A DNA stretch of 64,000 bases from Nitrospirota bacterium (GTDB taxonomy: Bacteria > Nitrospirota > Thermodesulfovibrionia > UBA6902). Shown here one piece after another: positions 48,664-57,451 of this stretch. The first letter of the stretch is position 1; each line of letters opens with the position of its first letter. The notes under the pieces were generated by a model that saw nothing but the letters and a program-made list of their open reading frames with translations, made no database searches and was not told the DNA's origin. Location of the stretch: contig JACRLN010000033.1 in NCBI GenBank assembly GCA_016215115.1, positions 16,279-80,278 of the forward strand. The letters are read 5' to 3'. Both the position numbers and the translations under genes were made by a program.

Positions 48664-49629
48664 TCAGATATGACTTTTCAGTATATTCCTAATATGTTCA
48701 ATATCATTTCTCAGTTGTTTTGCAAGGGCTTCAGCGTTTATAAATTTCATTTCATCCCGGATTCTTCTGATAAAAGAGATTTTCAGGGTTTTACCGAGAA
48801 GTTCTCCGTTGAAGTCCAGTATATGTGTTTCAAAGCTGAATTTTTTGTCTCTAAAAGTCGGATTGAAACCTATGTTTGTAGCCCCTCCATATTTTTTTCC
48901 GTTTATTTCCACTGTAACTGCATAAACACCATCCTTGGGAAGCAGATCGTTAGCGGTTAAAAGATTGGCTGTCGGCATGTTTAAAATATTTTTTCCTCTT
49001 TTGGCCCCTTCAATTACTATTCCTTCAACAGAATATGGTCTTCCTAATAATATTGACGCTTCATCAACTTTTCCCTTTGCAATAAGGGTCCTTATCCCGG
49101 AACTGCTGGGCACAGAGTTGTTAATTTTAATTTCATCTACAACCGTAACGGTAAATCCGCATTTCCCCCCGATTTCTTTTAATAAGTCAGGGGAGCCTTT
49201 CCTTCCTTTCCCGAACAAGTAATTGGACCCGATAAAAATTTCTTTTACTCCAAGAATTTGACAGAGAAAATCATTTACAAAATCTTCAGCCGGTATATTT
49301 GCAAACTCTTTTGTAAAATTTGCACAGATAATGATATCTATACCGGCACTTTCTATAAGTTTGAATTTATGCTTGTATGTAGTGAGGAGTTTGGGCGCCC
49401 TTTCAGGGGCAAGAACTCTCAGAGGATGTGGTATAAAAGTAAAAACAATTGACGTTCCCTGCTTTTCTCTCGCACGTTCTATCAGCATCCGGAAAATTGC
49501 CTGATGTCCGAGATGTACTCCGTCAAAATTGCCGATTGTAAGAACAGGGTAAGGGAAGCTTTCTTTAATGTTTTCTGTTCCGTCTATTATCTTCATAATC
49601 AAATCTGTTATCAAAATTTTTCTTGACAA
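48664..49629 (-). CDS. ribF: Bifunctional riboflavin kinase / FMN adenylyltransferase
   Basis: GNFDGVHLGHQ nucleotidyltransferase motif and C-terminal riboflavin kinase domain. Confidence 0.9.
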   Translation of the reverse strand: MSRKILITDLIMKIIDGTENIKESFPYPVLTIGNFDGVHLGHQAIFRMLIERAREKQGTSIVFTFIPHPLRVLAPERAPKLLTTYKHKFKLIESAGIDIIICANFTKEFANIPAEDFVNDFLCQILGVKEIFIGSNYLFGKGRKGSPDLLKEIGGKCGFTVTVVDEIKINNSVPSSSGIRTLIAKGKVDEASILLGRPYSVEGIVIEGAKRGKNILNMPTANLLTANDLLPKDGVYAVTVEINGKKYGGATNIGFNPTFRDKKFSFETHILDFNGELLGKTLKISFIRRIRDEMKFINAEALAKQLRNDIEHIRNILKSHI

Positions 49630-49744
49630 TTATAAAATAGCATTGATATTGTAGTTGCAACAATAAATCGATTTAAAAGATAATAGGGTTAATAAACTAT
49701 ATTTGTCAATTGAATATAGAGAGTATTGTTTAAATAGTTTACAG

Positions 49745-49773
49745 TTGACTGTAAAATAATTATAAGCTATACT
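49745..49773 (+). promoter_or_regulatory. Sigma-70-like promoter TTGACT-17 nt-TATACT
   Basis: Exact hexamers with 17-nt spacing, ~95 nt upstream of the 49869 start. Confidence 0.4.
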
Positions 49774-49868
49774 AATGTATCTTAAAAGACATTATATATA
49801 AGTAAAACTATATCATTCTTGTTTTCCAAATAGAAGTAAATATTTCTGTGTGTAAGAAAGTATAGGTA

Positions 49869-51449
49869 ATGTTAAAGCAAGATGTTTATATTTTAATTGC
49901 TGATAATAATCAGCCTAATATTGAGACCATCAAGTCAACATTAACCCACCATAACGATATCAAATATAAATTTGATATCATCCGCACCGGACAAGATATA
50001 CTGGAGAAAGCAGATCACATCAAATATGATCTTTTACTAATGAATCGGGCACTCTCTGATTTAAACGGGATTAAAGTGCTTGACGAGATAACAAAAAGAA
50101 AATTAGATTTACCGGTGATCATGATTGTTGAAGATGGCGAGGAAGAGTTAGGCGTTAAAGCAATGGATAAAGGAGCATATGATTATTTAACGGAAGATGA
50201 AATTAAAACTGTATCATTAAGCCGGGCCATACGCAGGGCCCTACAGAGAAAAAAGCTGGAAGATGACATAAAAGAATCTATTAAAAAACTGGAAAAGTTG
50301 GCGATAAAGGATGGCTTGACAGGATTATATAATCACAACCATTTTAAAGAAATATTGAAAAGTGAATATAAAAAGGCAAAAAGGAATATACAATCACTTT
50401 CCTGTATTATGCTTGATCTTGATCACTTTAAATCAGTAAACGACACATATGGACATCAGTTTGGTGATCATGTACTTATCAAATCCTCTGAAATTATGAA
50501 AAAACTGGTGAGGGATACGGATTTTGTTGCCCGATATGGCGGAGAAGAGTTTTTTATTGTCCTGCCTAATACCAATCTGGAAGGGTCTTTTATATTAGCT
50601 GAGAGGATACGCATTGCGTTCGAGAAGAATATTTTCAGGAAGGGAGAAATTTCAGCAGTTGTCACTGTAAGTTTAGGGATTTCTTCTACTTTGGATAGTA
50701 ATGTAACCGGAGATAACGACCTTATTTCAAATGCAGACAAGGCGCTGTACCGTGCAAAATGGAGAGGAAGGAATAATGTTTGCACATTTGAAGAAACAGA
50801 ATTTGATGAAGCTGTCGGTATCAAGGAAGAGGAGAAAAAGATAAAAGATTTTTATATCCGGCTTGAAAGTATTAATGAAAATATAAAAGAAACGTGCATT
50901 GAATCTGCCCATAATATATTACTTGAGATGAATAGCTGGTGGAATAATGTCAAAGAACATTCTGTCCGGGTCAGCAATTTTGCAGAAAAACTGACAAGGG
51001 AGTTGTTAATGTCTGATGATGAGATCAATGTGGTAAAGCGGGCTGCATTGCTTCATGATATAGGAATGATCGGTGTTAATTCAAAGATATTGAAAAAGAA
51101 GGACAAGCTGACAGATGTAGAATATAGTCTGATTAAGAGGCATGCAAATATAGGAGTAAAAATAATTGAGAGAACAAAACTGTTTCATAAAGAACTTCCA
51201 ATAATTCTGCATCATCATGAGAGGTTTGACGGCAACGGCTATCCTCACAAATTAAAGGGTGACAACATACCTTACGGAGCACGGATAATGGCTATCGTAG
51301 AGGCCTATGACGTTATGAGGACAGATACGCTTTACAGAAAAGCGAGTTCGTCAAAAGAAGCTCTTGCAGAGCTCAAAGAATGCGCCGGTAAACAGTTTGA
51401 CCCGCACATGGTTGACGTTTTTACCAAAGTTGTCGAGAAATCGAAATAG
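49869..51449 (+). CDS. Pseudo-receiver-GGDEF-HD-GYP protein (c-di-GMP synthesis/hydrolysis)
   Basis: REC-like domain in which the phospho-acceptor Asp is replaced (LLLMNRALSDLNG; N-terminal ADNNQ instead of DD). Intact GGEEF; HD..HHERFDGNGYP is present. Confidence 0.85.
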   Translation: MLKQDVYILIADNNQPNIETIKSTLTHHNDIKYKFDIIRTGQDILEKADHIKYDLLLMNRALSDLNGIKVLDEITKRKLDLPVIMIVEDGEEELGVKAMDKGAYDYLTEDEIKTVSLSRAIRRALQRKKLEDDIKESIKKLEKLAIKDGLTGLYNHNHFKEILKSEYKKAKRNIQSLSCIMLDLDHFKSVNDTYGHQFGDHVLIKSSEIMKKLVRDTDFVARYGGEEFFIVLPNTNLEGSFILAERIRIAFEKNIFRKGEISAVVTVSLGISSTLDSNVTGDNDLISNADKALYRAKWRGRNNVCTFEETEFDEAVGIKEEEKKIKDFYIRLESINENIKETCIESAHNILLEMNSWWNNVKEHSVRVSNFAEKLTRELLMSDDEINVVKRAALLHDIGMIGVNSKILKKKDKLTDVEYSLIKRHANIGVKIIERTKLFHKELPIILHHHERFDGNGYPHKLKGDNIPYGARIMAIVEAYDVMRTDTLYRKASSSKEALAELKECAGKQFDPHMVDVFTKVVEKSK

Positions 51450-51484
51450 CTTTCATTACAAACCACCCTTTCTTCGGAGTAAGA

Positions 51485-52066
51485 ATGAAAATAATCGCAT
51501 TTAATGGAAGTCCCAGAAGCGGAGGTAATACGGAACTGCTTCTAAAGGAAACCATAAAGGGAATCGTAGATACCGGTCTGTCCGTTCATACATTTAATCT
51601 TAATGAAATGAATATCAGGCCGTGCCAGGATTGCGGCGGGTGTAATGAAACAGGAAAGTGTATTGTCAATGATGATATGGATCAGATATATGAGGCGATC
51701 CGTAGTGCCGACAGGATCATACTTGCTTCACCGATATTCTTTTTCTCAATCAGCGCCCAATCAAAGATTATGATAGACAGATGCCAGAGTTTCTGGTGCG
51801 AGAAATATCTTTTAAAAGAACCCATTAAGGCCGGTATTTATGGAAGAAAGGGACTTTTATTGCTTGTCGGCGGGATGAAAAAAGAGATAGGAATACAATG
51901 TGCTGAAACCTGTGCCCAGGCATTTTTCAGAACAATAAGTGTTGCTGAACATGAGAAGCTTTTCTTTTTAGGTATCGATGCAAAGGGAGAAATCCTCCAT
52001 CATCCCACAGCGCTAAAAGACGCATATGAGGCAGGAAGAAAGCTTGTAGAGTTAAAAGTTAAGTAG
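51485..52066 (+). CDS. Iron-sulfur flavoprotein / NADPH-dependent FMN reductase family (Isf-like)
   Basis: Flavodoxin-like N-terminus and compact Cys cluster CQDCGGCNETGKC. Confidence 0.7.
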   Translation: MKIIAFNGSPRSGGNTELLLKETIKGIVDTGLSVHTFNLNEMNIRPCQDCGGCNETGKCIVNDDMDQIYEAIRSADRIILASPIFFFSISAQSKIMIDRCQSFWCEKYLLKEPIKAGIYGRKGLLLLVGGMKKEIGIQCAETCAQAFFRTISVAEHEKLFFLGIDAKGEILHHPTALKDAYEAGRKLVELKVK

Positions 52067-52077
52067 TGGCATTTTTC

Positions 52078-52162
52078 GTCATTCCCGCAGTCTGTTGAGC
52101 GGGAATCCAGAAGCAGTTGATTTAAAAAAACTGGATTCCCGATGAAAGACCCCGGGAATGAC
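52078..52162. repeat. REP-like double-hairpin element
   Basis: GTCATTCCCGCAGTCTGTTGAGCGGGAATCCAG..CTGGATTCCCGATGAAAGACCCCGGGAATGAC. Confidence 0.7.
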
Positions 52163-52174
52163 AAATCAGATTGT

Positions 52175-53322
52175 TTATTGTTCATTATTAATTGAATATG
52201 AAGCCTTCAACTGTCCGCACGCTGCAGAAATATCTGCGCCCATGCTTTTTCTGATTATAGCTGTAATTCCGGCTTTGTGCAGTATGCTCTGAAATTCAAG
52301 TATCTTCTTCCCGGAAGGTTGCCTGAACAGTTGGATAGTCTTCTGCAGAGGTGGAAGATTGCAAGGGATTAAGTTCACTTTTGATCTAATCCCCCGCAAA
52401 AGTTTAACAAGTCTCAGGGCGTCTTCATTTGTATCATTAATTCCATCCAGCAGAACATATTCAAAAGTTATGCGTCTACGGGCCGCTAAAGGCAATACTT
52501 TACATGTTTTTAAAAGTTCTCTTAAAGGATATTTTTTATTAATAGGCATTATTTTGTTCCTTGTTTCATCTGTTGTTGCGTTCAGTGATATGGCGAGATT
52601 GATATCAGGAAACTTATCAGCAAGTTTATAAATATTAGGGATTATACCTGCTGTTGAGACAGTAATCCTTCTTTTAGGGAAATTCATAAGATCAGTAATT
52701 CTCCTTAGAGCCTCGACAACCTCATTGAAATTATTTAATGGCTCTCCCATACCCATAAAGACAATGTTTGTGATGGAGGGTTGAAGGAGGTCTCCTCGTA
52801 AAATCCCCCCTTGCCCCCCTTTTTCAAAGTGGGGAAGGTCAGAAAGCCCCCCTTTAGAAAAGGGGGGGGGGGATTTGAAATGATTCTACTAACAGATATG
52901 ACCTGATCAACGATTTCATATGCCCTGAGATTTCTTTTCAACCCTAATTTCCCTGTTACACAGAATACGCAACCCAAAGCACAACCGACCTGTGATGAAA
53001 TACACAGTGTAAATTTATTTTCTCCTCTTGTATTCGGGATTAGAACACTCTCAATTGCTTCGCCATCTTCAAGCAGGAAGAGAAATTTCTGAGTGCCATC
53101 AGTTGAAATCTGTGTTTGCAGGAGCTTAAGATTACTTAAAAAGGCTGATTTATTAAGTTCTTTCCTGAATTCTACAGGCAGGTCTGTCATCTCATCAAAA
53201 GAACTTGCCAGTTTTTTATATATCCAGTTGATGATCTGTTTGGCCCTGTATGGTTTTTGACCGAGTTTATTGATGAACAGGTCTATTTTATCATTTGATA
53301 ATTCTTTAAAGTTTTTTTTCAT
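52175..53322 (-). pseudogene. rlmN: 23S rRNA/tRNA m2A methyltransferase RlmN, interrupted by a ~90-bp G/C-hairpin repeat carrying a G11 tract (frameshifted as sequenced)
   Basis: N-terminal ORF has the CALGCVFC rSAM motif. C-terminal ORF starts at FMGMGEP. Both frames stay open through the insert, and the +1 frame restores ..QPSITNIVFMGMGEP. Confidence 0.8.
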
Positions 53323-53523
53323 AAATTCCGATATAGATAAATGTAGATTATTATAGCTTAATTCTATAAGGGTTTAAGAACTGTTTATTAAGGAATTAGG
53401 ATTTACTTGAAAAAAATATGATTCTAACTACTATATTGTTGAGATCGAAGGGACACAGGATATTAACAGCATCTGTTAGAAATAACTTTATAAATGTATT
53501 GGATAAAACGGTTTTAGAAACAT

Positions 53524-53904
53524 ATGATTAAAAAAATATTAATAGTTGATGATTCCCCCATTGCGAGGAAGATGCTGAAAAGCTGTTTGCCTAAAGATCA
53601 GGGTTTCGAATTTCATGAGGCATGTGATGGCAGTGAGGGTGTAGAAAAATACAAGAGCATCTGTCCTGATCTGACCTTTATGGATTTAACAATGCCTGTA
53701 ATGACCGGTTATGAAGCTGTTGAGGAAATAATAAAACATGACAGGAATGCAATAATTATTGTTGTTACAGCAGACGTGCAGTTGAAGGCAATTAAAACCG
53801 TTCTGGATTCAGGCGCTTATATGGTATTAAGAAAGCCACTTAAAAAAGAAGATCTTCTAATTGCTTTATCAAAGGCGCAGGATACTCTACAGAAGGTTGA
53901 ATAA
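53524..53904 (+). CDS. CheY-like single-domain response regulator
   Basis: ILIVDDSP .. FMDLTMPVMTG .. K, canonical receiver residues. Confidence 0.85.
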   Translation: MIKKILIVDDSPIARKMLKSCLPKDQGFEFHEACDGSEGVEKYKSICPDLTFMDLTMPVMTGYEAVEEIIKHDRNAIIIVVTADVQLKAIKTVLDSGAYMVLRKPLKKEDLLIALSKAQDTLQKVE

Positions 53905-53907
53905 ATT

Positions 53908-54552
53908 ATGAATATAGACAAAACTCAGATTTTTACAGGTGAAGAATTAGAAATCCTGCAGGAAATAATGAATATTGCTTTTGGGAAGTCTGCAGCGGAC
54001 CTTGCAGATGTAATAGATACCCATGTAGTTCTTAATGTCCCGTTTATCAGTATTATGCAGGTAATGGAATTGCCCGATTATATCCGGAAGCATGTCAAGG
54101 ACTACAAAAATATCAGTATTGTTGAACAGCATTTTTGGGGTCGCTTTAAGGGAGACGCCCTTTTAGTGTTTTCTTCAGGTTCGGGTAAAGAGTTGATAGG
54201 AATGTTACAGCGTGGAGAAAATGTAAGTTTAGAATCTGATCCGATTGAAATACTGGAAAGAGAAACTCTAATGGAAGTCGGCAATATCCTCATAGGAGCG
54301 TGTGTCGGAAAGGTAGCTGAGCTGCTTAAGGACGTTGTTACCTATACACCTCCGATGATTGTGTTAGAGAGATATTATGAAGATGCGATTTCTGAAAGCG
54401 AATTTGATCCGGATAAGGTTGCAATTGTTTTAAAGACCAACTTCAGTTTCAGTGAGGGCGATGTCAGCGGTTTTTTATTTCTGGTGACAAGTAATGATTC
54501 TATTCAATGGCTCAGGGAAGCATTACAAATCTTTATAGAGCAATATGAATGA
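53908..54552 (+). CDS. CheC/CheX-family CheY-P phosphatase-like protein
   Basis: EVGNILIGACVG-type motif in a CheC-like two-repeat architecture. Starts 4 nt after cheY. Confidence 0.65.
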   Translation: MNIDKTQIFTGEELEILQEIMNIAFGKSAADLADVIDTHVVLNVPFISIMQVMELPDYIRKHVKDYKNISIVEQHFWGRFKGDALLVFSSGSGKELIGMLQRGENVSLESDPIEILERETLMEVGNILIGACVGKVAELLKDVVTYTPPMIVLERYYEDAISESEFDPDKVAIVLKTNFSFSEGDVSGFLFLVTSNDSIQWLREALQIFIEQYE

Positions 54553-55451
54553 TATTACAACAGATTTTTGATGCGATTAATCTTGGCATTGTAATCCTTG
54601 ACAGGGATTTAAAAATAAAGGAATGGAACCGCTGGATGGAAATTCACAGCGGTACCGCCGCTGATGCAATAAAAGACACCTCTATTTTAGAGGTCTTTCC
54701 TAATTTAAACAATCCGAAATTCATAAGGAGCTGTAAATCGGTATTTACTTTTGGGAATTTCTGTTTTTTTTCACAGAAACTGCATCAGTATTTATTTCCT
54801 TTTAAAACAAAAAGTTATTCCGATACCAGATTTGAATTTATGCAGCAGAGTTGTGCAATGGGCCCGCTGCGTGATGAAAATAACAATATAAAATATCTAT
54901 TTGTTTATGTTCAGGATGTGACAGAGGTTGCTATATATGAGAACAAACTTGTTGAGATGAACATGAGAGACGGACTTACAGGAATATATAACAGAAGATT
55001 TCTGGAGACAATACTTAAAAACGAATTCAACAGGCATAAAAGATACGGAGGCATTTTCAGCATAATCATGTTTGATATAGATTATTTTAAAAAAGTTAAT
55101 GATACATATGGTCATCAGTGTGGCGATTTTATTTTAAAATCAATCAGCTCAAGAACCTCCTCACTTATCAGAAATATAGATTATCTGGCCCGATATGGCG
55201 GAGAGGAATTTTGCTGTTTACTCCCTGAAACCGGAATCCAACCAGCAATAAGTGTCGCAGAACGTTTCAGAACAGCGATATTTGAACAGGAAAACAATTA
55301 TGATGGCAACATTATAAAAGTCACTATAAGTCTGGGGGTTGCTGAATTCAGGGACGAGATAGAATCTGTGAACATGTTAATTAAAAAAGCAGATGAAGCT
55401 CTTTATAAAGCTAAGAAAGAAGGACGCAACAAGGTCATGGTTATGGAGTGA
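54549..55451 (+). CDS. PAS-GGDEF diguanylate cyclase
   Basis: PAS-like N-terminus and RYGGEEFCCLLPE. Start overlaps the cheC-like stop. Confidence 0.8.
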   Translation: MILQQIFDAINLGIVILDRDLKIKEWNRWMEIHSGTAADAIKDTSILEVFPNLNNPKFIRSCKSVFTFGNFCFFSQKLHQYLFPFKTKSYSDTRFEFMQQSCAMGPLRDENNNIKYLFVYVQDVTEVAIYENKLVEMNMRDGLTGIYNRRFLETILKNEFNRHKRYGGIFSIIMFDIDYFKKVNDTYGHQCGDFILKSISSRTSSLIRNIDYLARYGGEEFCCLLPETGIQPAISVAERFRTAIFEQENNYDGNIIKVTISLGVAEFRDEIESVNMLIKKADEALYKAKKEGRNKVMVME

Positions 55452-55765
55452 CCCTTCTTGACAAATAACATACTTTCCGTCAGTTTTGATTTATTCCCGT
55501 TCGTTTATATTTAAGTTGAAAAATAACTCGTTACAACCACTGAGTCACTGAGACACAGAGAAAATAAACTTAGAAGTATGAACTAAGAAATAAGAAGTAA
55601 AAAACCTTTTTCTCAGTTATCAGTTCTCAGCTTTTAGTTCTCAGTTTTTCTCTCCATGTCTTTGTGTTTATATTTATACTATTCAGCTTTATTACGAAAG
55701 AAACTTTATTTTTTTAAACCCGTCAAACTGTTGACGTTGTTTTTATAATATGGCATTATAGTACC

Positions 55766-57160
55766 ATGCAGCGTATCCTGATCATTGATGACGAGCCATC
55801 TATCAGAGAACTGTTAAAGGATTTTCTTACAGGCAAAGGTTTTGAAGTTGTAACTGCATCAGATGGTGAATCAGGACTTAATCTCCTGAAAGAAGATAAA
55901 TTTGACCTTTTATTACTTGATCTCATGATGCCGGGTATGAACGGTATGGATGTTTTGCGTGAGATCGCTTCTGAAAAGATTGATATCCCTGCAATAATGA
56001 TAACTGCATATGCCAGTGTTTCTACCGCAGTGGAAGCTATGAAACTCGGCGCTTTTGACTATATAACAAAACCTTTTGTGCTTGAAGATGTGCACCTTGC
56101 AATAAAAAGGGCTCTCGATGTTTCCAGGCTTCAGGAGGAAAACAGCAGGCTTAAGAAAGAACTGAAAAAGAAATTCAGTACCCATAAGATCATCGGCAAT
56201 TCCCTGCCGCTTCAGGAAGTTATCAAATTTATAGAAAAGATAGCTGATACAGACAGCACGGTCCTTGTCACTGGAGAGAGCGGTACAGGTAAAGAACTTG
56301 TTGCAAAGACAATACATTATAACAGTCCAAGAGCACGCAGTACCTTTGTACCGTTAAATTGCGCTGCAATTCCAAAGGACATACTTGAGTCTGAACTTTT
56401 TGGACATGAAAAAGGTGCTTTTACGGGCGCTGTAACAACAAGGATAGGCCGTTTTGAACTTGCAAACAATGGCACCCTTTTTCTTGATGAAATTGGGGAA
56501 CTGGCTCCTTCGCTTCAGGTCAAACTTCTGAGGGTCCTTCAGGAAAAAGAATTTGAGAGAGTCGGCGGCATAAAGACCATAAAGGTAGATGTCAGAATTA
56601 TTGCTGCAACAAACAGGGATCTGGAAAAAGCAGTGAAAGACGGAACTTTTAGAGAGGATCTTTATTACAGACTTAATGTAATCCCGTTACATTTACCGCC
56701 ATTAAGAAAGATGAAAGAAGATGTACCGTTATTAATTGAGCATTTTATCATAGAAATATCAAAAAGAAAGAAAAAGGAGCCTCCAAAGATTTCACATGAG
56801 ACCATGAGTTATCTCGCAAATTACAGATGGCCCGGTAATGTGCGGGAGCTTGAAAATCTTATAGAGAGACTTATAATCCTCAAAGAAGGCGACTACATTA
56901 CACCTGATGAACTTCCGGAGAGATTCCTTGAAAACCGTCATACGCCTAAAGTCGTTACAAAATCAAAATTATTATCATCCGAAGGAGTTGATCTTAATGT
57001 AGTGCTTGACGAGCTAGAGAACAACATGATTATTCAGGCCCTGGAAATGTCAAAGGGTGTAAAGAGCAAGGCTGCAAGCCTTCTGGGGCTCAACAGGACT
57101 ACCCTGATTGAAAAAATGAAGAAAAAATCTATTGATTTCCACACAAAGACCGTTGAGTAA
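55766..57160 (+). CDS. Sigma-54-dependent response regulator (NtrC/AtoC family)
   Basis: REC domain ([20 protein letters not shown]), AAA+ motifs GESGTGKE and GAFTGA, C-terminal Fis-type HTH. Confidence 0.9.
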   Translation: MQRILIIDDEPSIRELLKDFLTGKGFEVVTASDGESGLNLLKEDKFDLLLLDLMMPGMNGMDVLREIASEKIDIPAIMITAYASVSTAVEAMKLGAFDYITKPFVLEDVHLAIKRALDVSRLQEENSRLKKELKKKFSTHKIIGNSLPLQEVIKFIEKIADTDSTVLVTGESGTGKELVAKTIHYNSPRARSTFVPLNCAAIPKDILESELFGHEKGAFTGAVTTRIGRFELANNGTLFLDEIGELAPSLQVKLLRVLQEKEFERVGGIKTIKVDVRIIAATNRDLEKAVKDGTFREDLYYRLNVIPLHLPPLRKMKEDVPLLIEHFIIEISKRKKKEPPKISHETMSYLANYRWPGNVRELENLIERLIILKEGDYITPDELPERFLENRHTPKVVTKSKLLSSEGVDLNVVLDELENNMIIQALEMSKGVKSKAASLLGLNRTTLIEKMKKKSIDFHTKTVE

Positions 57161-57339
57161 TTAGAGTCTGTTTATAAAGTCAAACACTGAAGCGTCATTC
57201 CCGCAGTTGTTGAGCGGGAATCCAGTCTATTCAGTAAGTTCTGGATGCCCGATTAATGACCCCCGCTTACGACGTGCGGGGGCAGGCTTCGGGCATGACA
57301 AAAATAAAAAATAGCAATTTATGGACAGACTCTAATTAA
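57158..57339. mobile_element. REP-containing element family B, copy 2
   Basis: TAATTAGAGTCTGTTTATAAAG ... TTTATGGACAGACTCTAATTA flanking the double-hairpin core. Confidence 0.7.
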
Positions 57340-57423
57340 TATCCCACCGCTAAAGCACGCTAAACCGTCATTTTAATGACACCCCATTTTCCTTAGAAAT
57401 CATAAAAAACCAGTAGTTGGGTT

Positions 57424-57439
57424 TGGCATATTTATTGCT
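57424..57439 (+). promoter_or_regulatory. Sigma-54 (-24/-12) promoter candidate TGGCAT-N5-TTGCT
   Basis: GG and GC dinucleotides sit at the canonical 10-bp spacing. Lies 13 nt upstream of the annotated ATG of the TPR gene. Confidence 0.5.
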
Positions 57440-57451
57440 GTTTATACTGGC

